Origin: an uncultured delta proteobacterium
GTDB lineage: Bacteria > Myxococcota_A > Polyangia > Polyangiales > Polyangiaceae
Direction: 5' to 3'
Length of the DNA stretch: 64,000 nucleotides
Assembly (NCBI GenBank): GCA_963850305.1
Contig: CAWKKR010000005.1
Location: 64,001 to 128,000, forward strand
Shown here: positions 1 to 9,055 of the stretch, in pieces
How positions within the stretch are numbered: the first letter of the stretch is position 1
Layout of the letters: each line of letters begins with the position of its first letter
Notes under the pieces: generated by a model
Databases searched by the model: none
Told to the model about the DNA's origin: nothing
What the model saw: only the letters and a program-made list of their open reading frames with translations
Program-made: the position numbers and the translations under genes

Positions 1-2
1 CG

Positions 3-404
3 GAGAAGATCCACTCCACGCTCGATGCGGCGGCCCTTTGCAAGATGGCCGATCGCCGCCAAATCACCGGCGGCATCCTGGACGGTCCTCTCGCCTTCGA
101 CAACGCCGTCTCGGCAGAGGCGGCCAAGACCAAGGGGATCATCTCGCCGGTCGCCGGTCGCGCCGACATCTTCGTGGCTCCCGACCTCGAGGCAGGGAAC
201 TTGCTCGCGAAGCAGCTCGAGTACCTTGCGGACGCGCAGGTCGCCGGCATCGTGCTCGGCGCCCGCGTTCCGATCATCCTCACGAGCCGCGCCGACAGGA
301 CGCTCGCGAGACTCGGCTCTTGCGCTATCGCGCTGCTCTTGGCGCGCAACGCCGCAGGGAAGCCTCGGGTTGTCGAGGCCGCTACCGACCTGAGGGGCGC
401 GTGA
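3..404 (+). CDS. Phosphate acetyl/butyryltransferase (PTA_PTB), C-terminal part, 5'-truncated by window edge
   Basis: LDGPLAFDNAVS, GRADIFVAPDLEAGNLLAK and GIVLGARVPIILTSRAD are PTA/PTB family motifs. The frame is open from position 3. Confidence 0.9.
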   Translation, partial: EKIHSTLDAAALCKMADRRQITGGILDGPLAFDNAVSAEAAKTKGIISPVAGRADIFVAPDLEAGNLLAKQLEYLADAQVAGIVLGARVPIILTSRADRTLARLGSCAIALLLARNAAGKPRVVEAATDLRGA

Positions 405-439
405 AGAAGCGTATTCGGCCGCGCCCTTTTCTCACCCAG

Positions 440-2308
440 CTACCGCGGGACGCAGAGGAGCTCTTCGAGGGTCGCTTCGAGTTCCGCGACTTCGACCGGC
501 TTCGTCAGGTATCGATGGAATCCGAGCCGCTCGCCCCGCTGACGCTCATGAAGGGAAGCCGCAGCCGTCAGTGCAATTACCGGGATGTGCTCGGTCTCCG
601 GCCATCCTCGAAGAACCTGCAGCGCGTCGAGCCCGCTCATCCCGGGCAGATTGATGTCCATCATGATGACGGTCGGCGGGTTTGCACGCGCGAGCTCCAC
701 CCCCATCTCCGCCGTCGGCGCGACGATGAGCTCGATCCCCTCGAAGACCTCGAGTAAGTCGCTCATGAATCGGACGTTTGCCGGGTTGTCTTCGACATAC
801 ATGACGATGCCGCGCCGGTCGTGGGCGAGCCGTGGCGGGGTGTCCCGCGGCGCTGGGGGAGAACTCGAAGCCGATCGCTCGACGTGAATCGGAACATCGA
901 CCCAGAACTCGGAACCTTCGGACGGGACGCTCCGAAACCCGACGCTCCCGTGCATCAGCTCTGCCAAGCGCTTCGAAATGGTCAGACCGATCCCGGTGCC
1001 TTCGATCGGCCCCGTCTCTTGCCCTGCGCGCTGGAACGGTTGAAAGAGCTTCTCCTGCCTGTCGAACGGGATCCCAAACCCAGTGTCAGTGACCGTCACG
1101 CGCAACGCCGCGGAGTTCGGGGCCGAGACGCGAAACTCCACGCTCCCGTTCGGACGGTTGTACTTGATGGCGTTGGAGCCGAAGTTCAACAGGATCTGCG
1201 CGAACCGCGTCCGATCCGCACGGATTTCTGGGAGGTTCGCCGGCGAGCTGATCTCCAGCCTCACCCCGGCGTCGGCTGCAGCGGGCTCGAGCGTCTCCCT
1301 GATCTCGTCGAGCACCTCGGAGATGGCGACTGGCTCCATCGACATCGAGAACCCGCCCGTTTCGATGCGGGAAAGATCGAGAATGTCACCGATGAGCCTG
1401 AGCAGATGTTCGCCGCCCTTGAGAATTTGCCTGACGCGTTCTACGTGTCGTGCGGAAAGGGCCTCCTTCTTGTCGCGCTGGAGGAGTTGCGCGAATCCGA
1501 GGATTGCGTTGAGCGGCGTCCTGAGCTCGTGGCTCATCGAAGAAAGGAACTCGCTCTTCGCGGCGTTGGCACTGTCGGCGGTGGCACGCGCCTGCTTCAA
1601 CTGCTCCTCACGATCCATGTCCCCCGTGAGGTCCCAGATCGTCTCGACGGTGCCCCCTTCCGGAGTGCGCTGGTAACTGACACGTAGGCTCCGGCCGTCG
1701 CGGGTTCGGACGTCGAATGTCGTCCCTATTTCGTGTCGCTGCGAGAGCCGCGCCCTGCGGAAGAGAGCACCCTCGCGATCGTCCGAGAAGGCGAGCGTGC
1801 CCATCCACGAGTCGAGCAACTCCTCGTAGGAACTACCGACGACTGCACCGGGCAGCCCCGGACCGATCAGGTGGCGATAAACACTGTTGCAGAGGGCGAG
1901 TCGGTCGCTCGCGTCGAAGAGCGCGAACGCATCCTGCACGCTCTCGACCGCGCTCGCCAGGCGTTCGGCCGCGAGTTTCGCTTCGCGCTCTGCGGACCTC
2001 AGCTCAGTGATATCGAGCAGAGCCGTGCGGCAGGATGTCGGTGCCGCCACGAGCGAGCTATTCACGGCCGCGCTCACGAGCTGAACCGCCATCCGTCCCC
2101 GCTGCTCGGTCGAGATGCCGATCTCGGTCGTAACGGGACTCGTCGATTCGAGGGTGTTCCGAAGGTGTCGCGTGAAGGCGCCGGCATCGTCGAGACGCGC
2201 CAGAGCGAGGAACGGCTTGCCGCTGCAACCTCCCGTTCCTTCGGCTTCGGATCGGGCTCGGTCAGAATTCGGACGGCGTGATGGATGGCGGTGGTGAAGT
2301 GCATCCAC
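440..2308 (-). CDS. Hybrid sensor histidine kinase/response regulator (PAS-HisKA-HATPase-REC), probably N-terminally truncated near 2225
   Basis: H-box FLSSMSHELRTPLNAILGF, N-box NFGSNAIKY, G-boxes DTGFGI and GTGIGL, REC YVEDN..MMDINLPGMSG..KP. The sequence starts mid-PAS (GKPFLAL..CRTALLDITE). Confidence 0.9.
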   Translation of the reverse strand: MDALHHRHPSRRPNSDRARSEAEGTGGCSGKPFLALARLDDAGAFTRHLRNTLESTSPVTTEIGISTEQRGRMAVQLVSAAVNSSLVAAPTSCRTALLDITELRSAEREAKLAAERLASAVESVQDAFALFDASDRLALCNSVYRHLIGPGLPGAVVGSSYEELLDSWMGTLAFSDDREGALFRRARLSQRHEIGTTFDVRTRDGRSLRVSYQRTPEGGTVETIWDLTGDMDREEQLKQARATADSANAAKSEFLSSMSHELRTPLNAILGFAQLLQRDKKEALSARHVERVRQILKGGEHLLRLIGDILDLSRIETGGFSMSMEPVAISEVLDEIRETLEPAAADAGVRLEISSPANLPEIRADRTRFAQILLNFGSNAIKYNRPNGSVEFRVSAPNSAALRVTVTDTGFGIPFDRQEKLFQPFQRAGQETGPIEGTGIGLTISKRLAELMHGSVGFRSVPSEGSEFWVDVPIHVERSASSSPPAPRDTPPRLAHDRRGIVMYVEDNPANVRFMSDLLEVFEGIELIVAPTAEMGVELARANPPTVIMMDINLPGMSGLDALQVLRGWPETEHIPVIALTAAASLHERQRGERLGFHRYLTKPVEVAELEATLEELLCVPR

Positions 2309-2403
2309 CGGATACAGAGATCACCCCCCGTCGATCAACTCCGCCGAAGCACTTTTCTGATGTGGTCGAGTTGATCGGGAGCCGCCGGATCTGTATTCCG
2401 TAC

Positions 2404-2740
2404 ATGAACCCGTTACGCACGCCCGCCGTCCCGTGTCGCACGCTTCTTCGGGTGGTTCCTGGTGCCGAGCCCACCCCCGTCACCGACGACGCTCCCAGCG
2501 GTCACGTGGACGGCATCTGCACCTGCTCCGTCTGCGGGAGGGAATTCCCAGCTCGCCGGAAGAACGCCATCACGTGCTCGTCGGCATGCCGGACACGTCG
2601 AAGCAGGGAAGCTCGTCGGGCCAATCTCTGATCTCCGGGTTCGAGCGGCCGAGGAAGCTCTCACGGCCGCCACGCAGGCCCTCTCCGAGCTACGAGGCTA
2701 CGTGATGGAGAGGCTCGGGCCGGGGAGGGCAAGCTCGTGA
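2404..2740 (+). CDS. Small zinc-ribbon protein with coiled-coil tail; likely frameshift near 2628
   Basis: CSVCGREFPARRKNAITCSSACR. A helical tail DLRVRAAEEALTAATQALSEL continues in another frame to 2740. Confidence 0.55.
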
Positions 2741-3042
2741 GCCGCCGTCGTCCTGCTTCGTCTCCCTGCGTGCCGCTGACGGTGAAGATCCTCGGGGACG
2801 ACGACGCCCTCGGTGAAGCCATCGGCCCCGTGCTCGCCGAAACACCGAAGCTGGCCAGGTACACGAAGGACGTCCGCTGTCGTGAACGAGCCCTCCGGAA
2901 GGTGCTGAACAACCGGCAGTGGCGGGTCTACATGGCTCTCGAAGAGGCCGTCATCGACCGGGTGCTGGCCGAGACGAACGTGCTCATCAGGTGGGCGTTC
3001 GACGAGGGTGTTCGAGCGGGCCGATCACGATCAGCGTCATGA
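2737..3042 (+). CDS. Hypothetical protein of the element
   Basis: 101-aa ORF with a GTGA overlap on the upstream stop and protein-like composition. Confidence 0.55.
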   Translation: MSRRRPASSPCVPLTVKILGDDDALGEAIGPVLAETPKLARYTKDVRCRERALRKVLNNRQWRVYMALEEAVIDRVLAETNVLIRWAFDEGVRAGRSRSAS

Positions 3043-3230
3043 CGTCCATGGTGGCGGTTCCGGCAGAACCGCTTCGTTACTTTTCGTACCTCCCCGAGTC
3101 TACCGAGAAGGCCGTGTCAAACGGACACACGCTCATGAATCGTGAGGGGGTCGAAATCGGATTTGTCGGGGGCGATCTCGCGATCCAGATTTTTTGGGGG
3201 CCGGAGATTTCTAGAACCTGCCGGGCAGCG

Positions 3231-3530
3231 TCAGAGCTTCGGCCCTCGTTCACGGGGAGCGCCCCAGACAGCGAGGACGTGAACGACGCCGTTCGTCTCG
3301 TCCACTCGGAAGTAAATGTGGTTCGACGTCCGGGGCATCAGGATGCGTCGCAGGGTGGGGCGTTTCGAGGTGGGCCATCGAACACCGGCACCCGGGATCT
3401 CGCAGATCCGGCGGAAGACTTCTTCCAGCTCGTCCGTGAAGAGGCTCGGTGCTGCCGTCCGATTCGCGACCCACCAATCCTCGATCTGGTCGGCTTGGCG
3501 TTGAGCCCTCTTACCGACTCGCAGCTTCAC
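3231..3530 (-). CDS. RelE/ParE family type II toxin
   Basis: MKLRVGKRAQRQADQIEDWW..LRRILMPRTSNHIYFRVD..VHVLAVW. 99 aa, overlaps the upstream antitoxin. Confidence 0.85.
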   Translation of the reverse strand: MKLRVGKRAQRQADQIEDWWVANRTAAPSLFTDELEEVFRRICEIPGAGVRWPTSKRPTLRRILMPRTSNHIYFRVDETNGVVHVLAVWGAPRERGPKL

Positions 3531-3753
3531 GTTTGGCTCGGAGCTGAGCGATGAACTCGAACCCGTCCATGTGGTCGCCCTTCTCGATGTCCTCGACGCC
3601 GTCCTCGATAGCCTGGAGCAGCCGAGCCTTCTCCTCGGGCTCGAACTCCTCATCGTCGAGCACGACTAGCTCAACCTCTCTGCCTTCCGGTAGATCGGTC
3701 GGTTCATCCAGAACGAGGCGGCCGTTCTTCACGTGGGCCTTGAGGGCGTGCAT
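3511..3753 (-). CDS. Antitoxin (AbrB/DUF104-like N-terminus, acidic C-terminus)
   Basis: MHALKAHVKNGRLVLDEPTDLPEGREVELVV followed by an acidic helix. Lies directly upstream of the toxin. Confidence 0.8.
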   Translation of the reverse strand: MHALKAHVKNGRLVLDEPTDLPEGREVELVVLDDEEFEPEEKARLLQAIEDGVEDIEKGDHMDGFEFIAQLRAKREAASR

Positions 3754-3799
3754 CGTGACGGGAGTCTACCCGCTTCGGGCGGGATGGTCGAAGGCCGAG

Positions 3800-4072
3800 T
3801 TATTCCGGGCCGATGTCCGGAGTCGGTTCGTCGGATCCTGGCGGGATCGTAGACGGCACTGGCACGAGCCAGTCGTGGGGATCGACGCCGGTCTCCCGTT
3901 CGAGATCGATGGCCCGATGAAGCGTGGGGATGGTGCGGCCTTCCTTCCACTGGATCACCGACGAGTGATCGCAGTCGAGCAGACGGGCGAGCTTGCGGGG
4001 TGTCCACGCCCGAGCTTGCAGGAAGCTCGCCAGCCGTTCGGCTCCACGGTTTCGAAATGTTCGCTTCTGCAT
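3800..4072 (-). CDS. XRE/Cro-like helix-turn-helix protein
   Basis: WTPRKLARLLDCDHSSVIQWKEGRTIPTLHRAIDLE. An aggag RBS lies upstream. Confidence 0.8.
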   Translation of the reverse strand: MQKRTFRNRGAERLASFLQARAWTPRKLARLLDCDHSSVIQWKEGRTIPTLHRAIDLERETGVDPHDWLVPVPSTIPPGSDEPTPDIGPE

Positions 4073-4082
4073 GTTCGTCTCC

Positions 4083-7000
4083 TTACACCGCTTCTTCGAG
4101 AAGCCGGTGGATGGTGTCGGCGTGGTCGTCGTGCGTGATCGGATGCCGGAGGCAGTGCAGATCGGCTGAGGTCATCCCGGGCTTGAAGAGGATCGCGTCC
4201 TCGATGGGCTCCTTCCGGGCGTAGATGCGGACGGACTTCCGCTTCGGTGCGGATGTCCTCGCAGGATCGTTCTCCGTAACCTTCCCGACGGTGCTGAAGC
4301 ACCACCCGAGCGACGTGAGCACCTTGATGATCCGGTTCTGATCCCGCGTCTCCTGCTTCGACGTTTCGATGCTGAGCACCTCGTTCAGGATGAAGCTGAC
4401 GGTGACCTCGTTCAAGTCGGCCACGCTGTTCTCGATGGCCTCGTGCCACGGGTCTTGCTCGCCACGTTGCTGCTGGACGTTCCGGAAGAGGACGTGCTCG
4501 TCCTCCTGGTCGGGGTAGCACCGCTCGTGCTCTCGATACCGATGGACGGCTTCGGCCCAGAGCTGATCCCGATCCCGCTCGATGCCTTCGATGTCGATCT
4601 TGCCGGTCTCCCCGCAGGCGATGGGCCAGTAGCGCCGATTGCCGGTGGGGTCACGAAGGTAGCCGCCCTCGGGGTTGATGGTCGCGAAGAACATGACCTG
4701 CCTCGGCACCTGGACGTTGTGCATGCCGTACGGGGGGCGGTAGTCGTCGGTCTTCGACGTGAAGAACGCCTTGCTCGTCGCATGCTCGGCCTTGAGCAAC
4801 GACGAGGCTTCGGGCAACTCGACGAACCACCGGCCTCGGAGGGCCACCATGGCGTCCTTCGTCCCGATGGTGATCATGGTGTCGGACACCCACGACGGGT
4901 CCGGGCAGAGCGCCATGACGGCGGACGATTTCTTGATCCCCTGGTCGCCCTCGAACACGGGCACGTAGTCTGCCTGGCAGCCGGGCTCGAAGATGCGCTT
5001 CACGGCCTGCATCAATGTCCACGGGCCTACCTTCCTCGTGTAGATGCCGTCGGAGCAGCCGAGGTACGTCGTGAACCACGTGTCGAGCCGGTGAGTCCCG
5101 TCCCACACGAGCCCGCCGAGGTAGTCACGAACGGGATGCACCTTCCACTTGTCCGCGACGAGACGGGCCGCCTGGTACGCCTGCTTCGGCGTCACGGTGA
5201 TCCCCCAGAACCGCTGAAGGTAATCGACGAGCCGGTGGTCGTCGGGCTCGACCCAAGCATCCATCGTCGTGAACGGTGCCGAGGAAGACGTCTCGTTCGG
5301 CCACGGTGCCGCCGCCATCAACACGATCCTGCTCGTGAACTCACACCACGCAAGACGACCCGCCCACCGGGGATCGTGGGACACGACCGTCACGGCGTTC
5401 GAGAAGGTGGACTGGACGGCACCCTTCTTCGTGCGGTGAAGCTTCGTGCGCCACTCCGCATCCGAGTAGTCCTCGTCCATTGGCGACACGTCCCCCGAGC
5501 CGTCGTTCTCCTCCTTCGTGAGGGCGAGCAGCTTCGTCTTCGGGATCCCCGTCTTCTTCGTGAGCGCCTTCATGGACGTCGCTGCCGGACCTGCATCCGT
5601 CGAAAGGATCACCTCGACAATCTCCCGAAGCTCGTCGTCCCTCGACGTGGGGGAGCACGTCTCGATCATGTCGTCGATGAACTTCGGGTTCTCCGTGAGC
5701 TTCGACTCGACCTCGGCCTTCCTGGCTTTCTTTCCCTTCCCGACCTTCGGGATGTCGAATCCCGGGAACTCTCCGGACAGCCAGTTCACCGCTTCACGCC
5801 GGGCGTCCTGGTCGTCGATGTCCCGATGAAGGCCGAGCGTCACGACGAGGTCGATGTTCTTCCACGAACGAGCCCCGCACGTGGCGTGCTGGCACTTTAG
5901 GGATTGAACCCCGAGCTTCTCGTCCAGAAAGTCCGTGGTGTCGTCGGCACCGCATCCGGGGCATTGGGGGTGGCTCGGGTCGTGACCAAGCTCGGCGTAC
6001 ACGTCACGAATCGGGATCGTGTTCGCCAGCTCGAACGGATTCGGCCCTTGGTACTTCGTGCTTCTGGCGCTCGTCGTGGTCGTGGCAGGCCGCTTGCCGA
6101 CACCCTTCTTGGTGCCCACCTCGACCGCAGCCTGGAACCGCTGTCGTTGCTCGTCGGTGAGCTTCTGCTTCAGCCCTTCGACGAGATGCCGGAGCTGTTT
6201 AAGAGACAGCCGCTCGACCGTCTTCGAGCAGTAGATCCCGGTGAGCCGGTGAACACGGCCAAGCCCGATGTCGTTGTATCCCTTCCTCTTGAGTGTCCCG
6301 GCGGCTGGGCAGAGCCGGTTCGGATTCACAACGCTGTCGTCACCGACGACGTGCTCGTCGCTGTAGATCACGCCGACGAGCTGCACGAACGCCGTTCGAA
6401 GAGCTTTAACCTCGGGGTTCACGGGCAGCCGGTCGAGGGCTACGTGAACCTGGCAGCCGTTTCCGCTGAACAGGAAGGCGAGTGCGTTGGCGGATCCGAG
6501 GATCTCGGCGGCATCACCGAAGAGCTGGATGCCCCTCTCGCACGACGTCATCAGCTCGGTGGTCGTGGCCGACACCTTCTTGGCACCGCCTTCTCGGATC
6601 GTGTCGAGGTCGGCGTACACGGAGAGGAAGGCCACGATGTCCTTCTCGGTGGTGCCCGCTCCCGAGCCGAGGACGTGCCACGCATCCGGAGCGGCCTTCG
6701 ACAACGCAGCCGGGTTCACGAGCTGCGGGATGACGTAGAGCCCCTGGTAGCCGTACTCCCGGGCAGCCGACAGCAGAAGGGTGACGCCACCCCGGAACGT
6801 GTCCGTGTAAGCGAACCGGTGCTTCTGCTCGTCGAACCTCCGGCTCTCGTCTTTCAGGTCGGGCTCGACGATCTGAAGCTCGTAGCGTTCGCCCTCGGCC
6901 AGCCCGAGGAACCGGTGCTGCCTCTTGAAGCTCCCGGCGAGGATCTTCGCCGGGTCGATCCCCTCGGCCCTCGTTGTCGTCAGGAACGACGTGAGCCAGC

Positions 7001-7364
7001 CTCGAAGCTCGGCTTCGTGACTGGCTCGACACGGGGTGGTGGTCGGCGTGCCCGGATGAACGGAAACGTCGTCCACGACGACGGAAACGGAGCTGTCTTC
7101 CACGGCGGATGTCTCCAGAACCAACCCCGGTCGGAAGACCGAGGCTCCTGCCGAGCCGCTGGGCGAGCGGGGTTCGGCAGGGAGTTCTTCACATCCACAT
7201 CTAGGCAGCCCTGCCGCCGCAGGACTGATCCACGAAGCTCTTGCCCGAGCTGGCGTGGACGGGAAGCCGTGTGCTCCTGACGTTGAATGATACACACGCT
7301 TCCGTTCGTCGCAAGGGGCGAACTGCACGAGCCGTTCGAGTTCACGTTCACCAAGCATGAGCAC
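4083..7364 (-). CDS. Primase-helicase: AEP/RepB'-like primase, Zn finger, VapE/VirE P-loop helicase (start uncertain, likely ~7100)
   Basis: Primase-like YADLD, FSGNGCQVH and DDSVVNPNRLCPAAGT. Zn finger CPGC..CQHATC. VapE motifs HPVRDYL..WDG..RLD, FEGDQGIKKSS, DDYRPPYG, YLRDPTGNRRYWPI, RDQLWAEA. Confidence 0.9.
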   Translation of the reverse strand: MLMLGERELERLVQFAPCDERKRVYHSTSGAHGFPSTPARARASWISPAAAGLPRCGCEELPAEPRSPSGSAGASVFRPGLVLETSAVEDSSVSVVVDDVSVHPGTPTTTPCRASHEAELRGWLTSFLTTTRAEGIDPAKILAGSFKRQHRFLGLAEGERYELQIVEPDLKDESRRFDEQKHRFAYTDTFRGGVTLLLSAAREYGYQGLYVIPQLVNPAALSKAAPDAWHVLGSGAGTTEKDIVAFLSVYADLDTIREGGAKKVSATTTELMTSCERGIQLFGDAAEILGSANALAFLFSGNGCQVHVALDRLPVNPEVKALRTAFVQLVGVIYSDEHVVGDDSVVNPNRLCPAAGTLKRKGYNDIGLGRVHRLTGIYCSKTVERLSLKQLRHLVEGLKQKLTDEQRQRFQAAVEVGTKKGVGKRPATTTTSARSTKYQGPNPFELANTIPIRDVYAELGHDPSHPQCPGCGADDTTDFLDEKLGVQSLKCQHATCGARSWKNIDLVVTLGLHRDIDDQDARREAVNWLSGEFPGFDIPKVGKGKKARKAEVESKLTENPKFIDDMIETCSPTSRDDELREIVEVILSTDAGPAATSMKALTKKTGIPKTKLLALTKEENDGSGDVSPMDEDYSDAEWRTKLHRTKKGAVQSTFSNAVTVVSHDPRWAGRLAWCEFTSRIVLMAAAPWPNETSSSAPFTTMDAWVEPDDHRLVDYLQRFWGITVTPKQAYQAARLVADKWKVHPVRDYLGGLVWDGTHRLDTWFTTYLGCSDGIYTRKVGPWTLMQAVKRIFEPGCQADYVPVFEGDQGIKKSSAVMALCPDPSWVSDTMITIGTKDAMVALRGRWFVELPEASSLLKAEHATSKAFFTSKTDDYRPPYGMHNVQVPRQVMFFATINPEGGYLRDPTGNRRYWPIACGETGKIDIEGIERDRDQLWAEAVHRYREHERCYPDQEDEHVLFRNVQQQRGEQDPWHEAIENSVADLNEVTVSFILNEVLSIETSKQETRDQNRIIKVLTSLGWCFSTVGKVTENDPARTSAPKRKSVRIYARKEPIEDAILFKPGMTSADLHCLRHPITHDDHADTIHRLLEEAV

Positions 7365-7370
7365 CTCGGT

Positions 7371-7582
7371 GTCTACGGCGTCTACGGCACGTGCCGGAGG
7401 GCGTAGACACTCGGAGCGGCATCTTTTCCGGCCTTGTCTACATGTCTACGGTGTCTACGGGATCTTGATCACATGTAGAGAATCCGTGTTTTCGATCTCG
7501 TTGATCGGATCGATGACGATGAAGAAAGAGATCGATCCCTGGATCTCTTGAAACCGGCGTAGACGGCGTAGACACGTAGACA
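7371..7582. repeat. Iteron-like GTCTAC/GTAGAC cluster (putative origin)
   Basis: GTCTAC at 7371, 7380, 7436, 7444, 7453 and GTAGAC at 7403, 7559, 7568, 7576, with a GATC-rich spacer. Confidence 0.75.
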
Positions 7583-7762
7583 CCCGCCACCGGCAGCACC
7601 GGCTACGTCGGTGGTCACTTCGGCTTGTACCGGCTCCGCCGACCCGGAAACCGAACACGCACTGGCACCCGGTCGGGCAACGTCAAAAAAAGCTCGAAAC
7701 GACCGCCGGACTGCCGAAGCTCCGGAAACCGTTCACGGATGTGCCGCTGCACCGCCGATGAA

Positions 7763-7782
7763 GCTTCGATACAAATCGAAGC
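7763..7782. promoter_or_regulatory. Palindromic operator before the ArsR gene
   Basis: GCTTCGAT-acaa-ATCGAAGC, a perfect 8-bp inverted repeat abutting the start at 7783. Confidence 0.6.
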
Positions 7783-8049
7783 GTGATGACCACGCCGTCC
7801 GAGATCGTTGCCACCGCCGCCGTCCTCGGTGACCCGAGGAGGTTCCTGATGCTGCTCTACCTCGACGAGCCCCTCCCCATCGGGAAGCTCGCCTGCAAGG
7901 CCAACGTGAGCCCGGCAACGGCCTCGTACCACGTCGGCCGCCTCGTAGAGGTCGGGCTCGTCCATGTTCACCGTCGTGGACGACAGCACGTCGTCCGTCG
8001 TGTTCCCGCACGATGGATGTCGATCTGGCGAGCGTTCGGATCGGGATGA
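7783..8049 (+). CDS. ArsR/SmtB family HTH regulator
   Basis: AVLGDPRRFLML..PIGKLACKANVSPATASYHVGRLVEVGLV..RRGRQH. Confidence 0.85.
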   Translation: MMTTPSEIVATAAVLGDPRRFLMLLYLDEPLPIGKLACKANVSPATASYHVGRLVEVGLVHVHRRGRQHVVRRVPARWMSIWRAFGSG

Positions 8050-8104
8050 CGGGGAATCGAACTCCCGGCGGTTGATCCGAACCCGGCTCGTCTGTATCAA
8101 GTGT

Positions 8105-8786
8105 ATGGACACCTTCGGAACGGCCCGAGCGAAACGAGCTGCGATCTACGTCCGAACCAGCACTTCGAGGGATCAGTCCCCGGCCATGCAGCTCGACGAC
8201 CTCCGCCGTCTTGCCGACCAGCGAGGCTGGACGATCACCCGGGAGTACATGGACGTCGGCGTCTCCGGCACCACCGACAAGCGGCCCGAGCTGGACAAGC
8301 TCATGGCCGACATCCGGAAGGGCGGCAAGAACGCTCCGGGCATCGTCGTCGTCTGGAGGTTCGACAGGTTCGCCCAATCCGTCCGGCACCTCGTCACGGC
8401 CCTCGAAGATTTCCGGGTTCGAGGGATCGAGTTCGTCTCCATGAAGGACGGGATCGACACGAGCACCCCGACGGGAAGGTTCACGTTCCATCTCGTGGCC
8501 GCCCTGGCCGAGATGGAGGCCGAGGTGATCCGATTCCCGAGTCCAGGCCGGAGTCGATGCAGCTCGTCGTCGTGGAGCACGTCTCGGCCGTCCTCGTGCT
8601 CACGTTGACGTAGCTCGTGCTCGTGAGCTTCTGGCCCGCCCAGGGACCTCTCGTACCTCCGTGGCCCGGAAGCTCGGCGTTGGCACGAGCACCCTCTCAC
8701 GAGCCCTCCGAGGGGCAGGAATGGGCCGACCAGAATCCCCCTCGGAAGCCGTGATCGAAACCGGCATGATCTCTCGGGTGGCGTGA
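8105..8786 (+). CDS. Serine recombinase (resolvase/invertase) with C-terminal HTH; frameshift near 8534
   Basis: AAIYVRTST..Q, DVGVSG, VWRFDRFAQS, IDTSTPTGR..LAEME. The shifted frame gives SRVQAGVDAARRRGARLGRP..SVARKLGVGTSTLSR, stop at 8786. Confidence 0.88.
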
Positions 8787-8837
8787 TCTCGGATCGAGCC
8801 GACCAGAATCAGGTGATTTTGGCCGACGGCTGGTCGG

Positions 8838-9035
8838 TCAACGAGGGCTGCCATCCTTCCGGGCTTCCTTCTCGTGGCCTTCTTCGTCCTGGCTCCGTTC
8901 GGGAGGACGGAAGGCGATTCGAATCCATCCTGCGACCAAGGCGACCGGGACGAAGAGTATCCCGATGGGCGAACCGGCGATCACGGAGGTGATCGCTCGC
9001 CACCAAACCGGGTGATTTCGATCAGTCAGAATCAT
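8838..9035 (-). CDS. Small single-pass membrane protein
   Basis: MILTDRNHPVWWRAITSVIAGSPIGILFVPVALVAGWIRI followed by a charged tail. Co-oriented downstream of 9056-9496. Confidence 0.4.
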   Translation of the reverse strand: MILTDRNHPVWWRAITSVIAGSPIGILFVPVALVAGWIRIAFRPPERSQDEEGHEKEARKDGSPR

Positions 9036-9055
9036 AGGTTCGTTGGGAGTGGGAA

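Larger units (their letters stand above)
2247..8810. mobile_element. Satellite-like integrative element (primase-helicase, origin, HTH regulators, TA pair, serine resolvase)
   Basis: Gene content, plus imperfect direct repeats tcggatcgggctcggtcagaat (2247-2268) and tcggatcgagccgaccagaat (8789-8809). No structural phage genes seen. Confidence 0.65.

Noticed and set aside
2247..8810. Complete prophage
   Set aside because: No terminase, capsid, tail or lysis genes are present.
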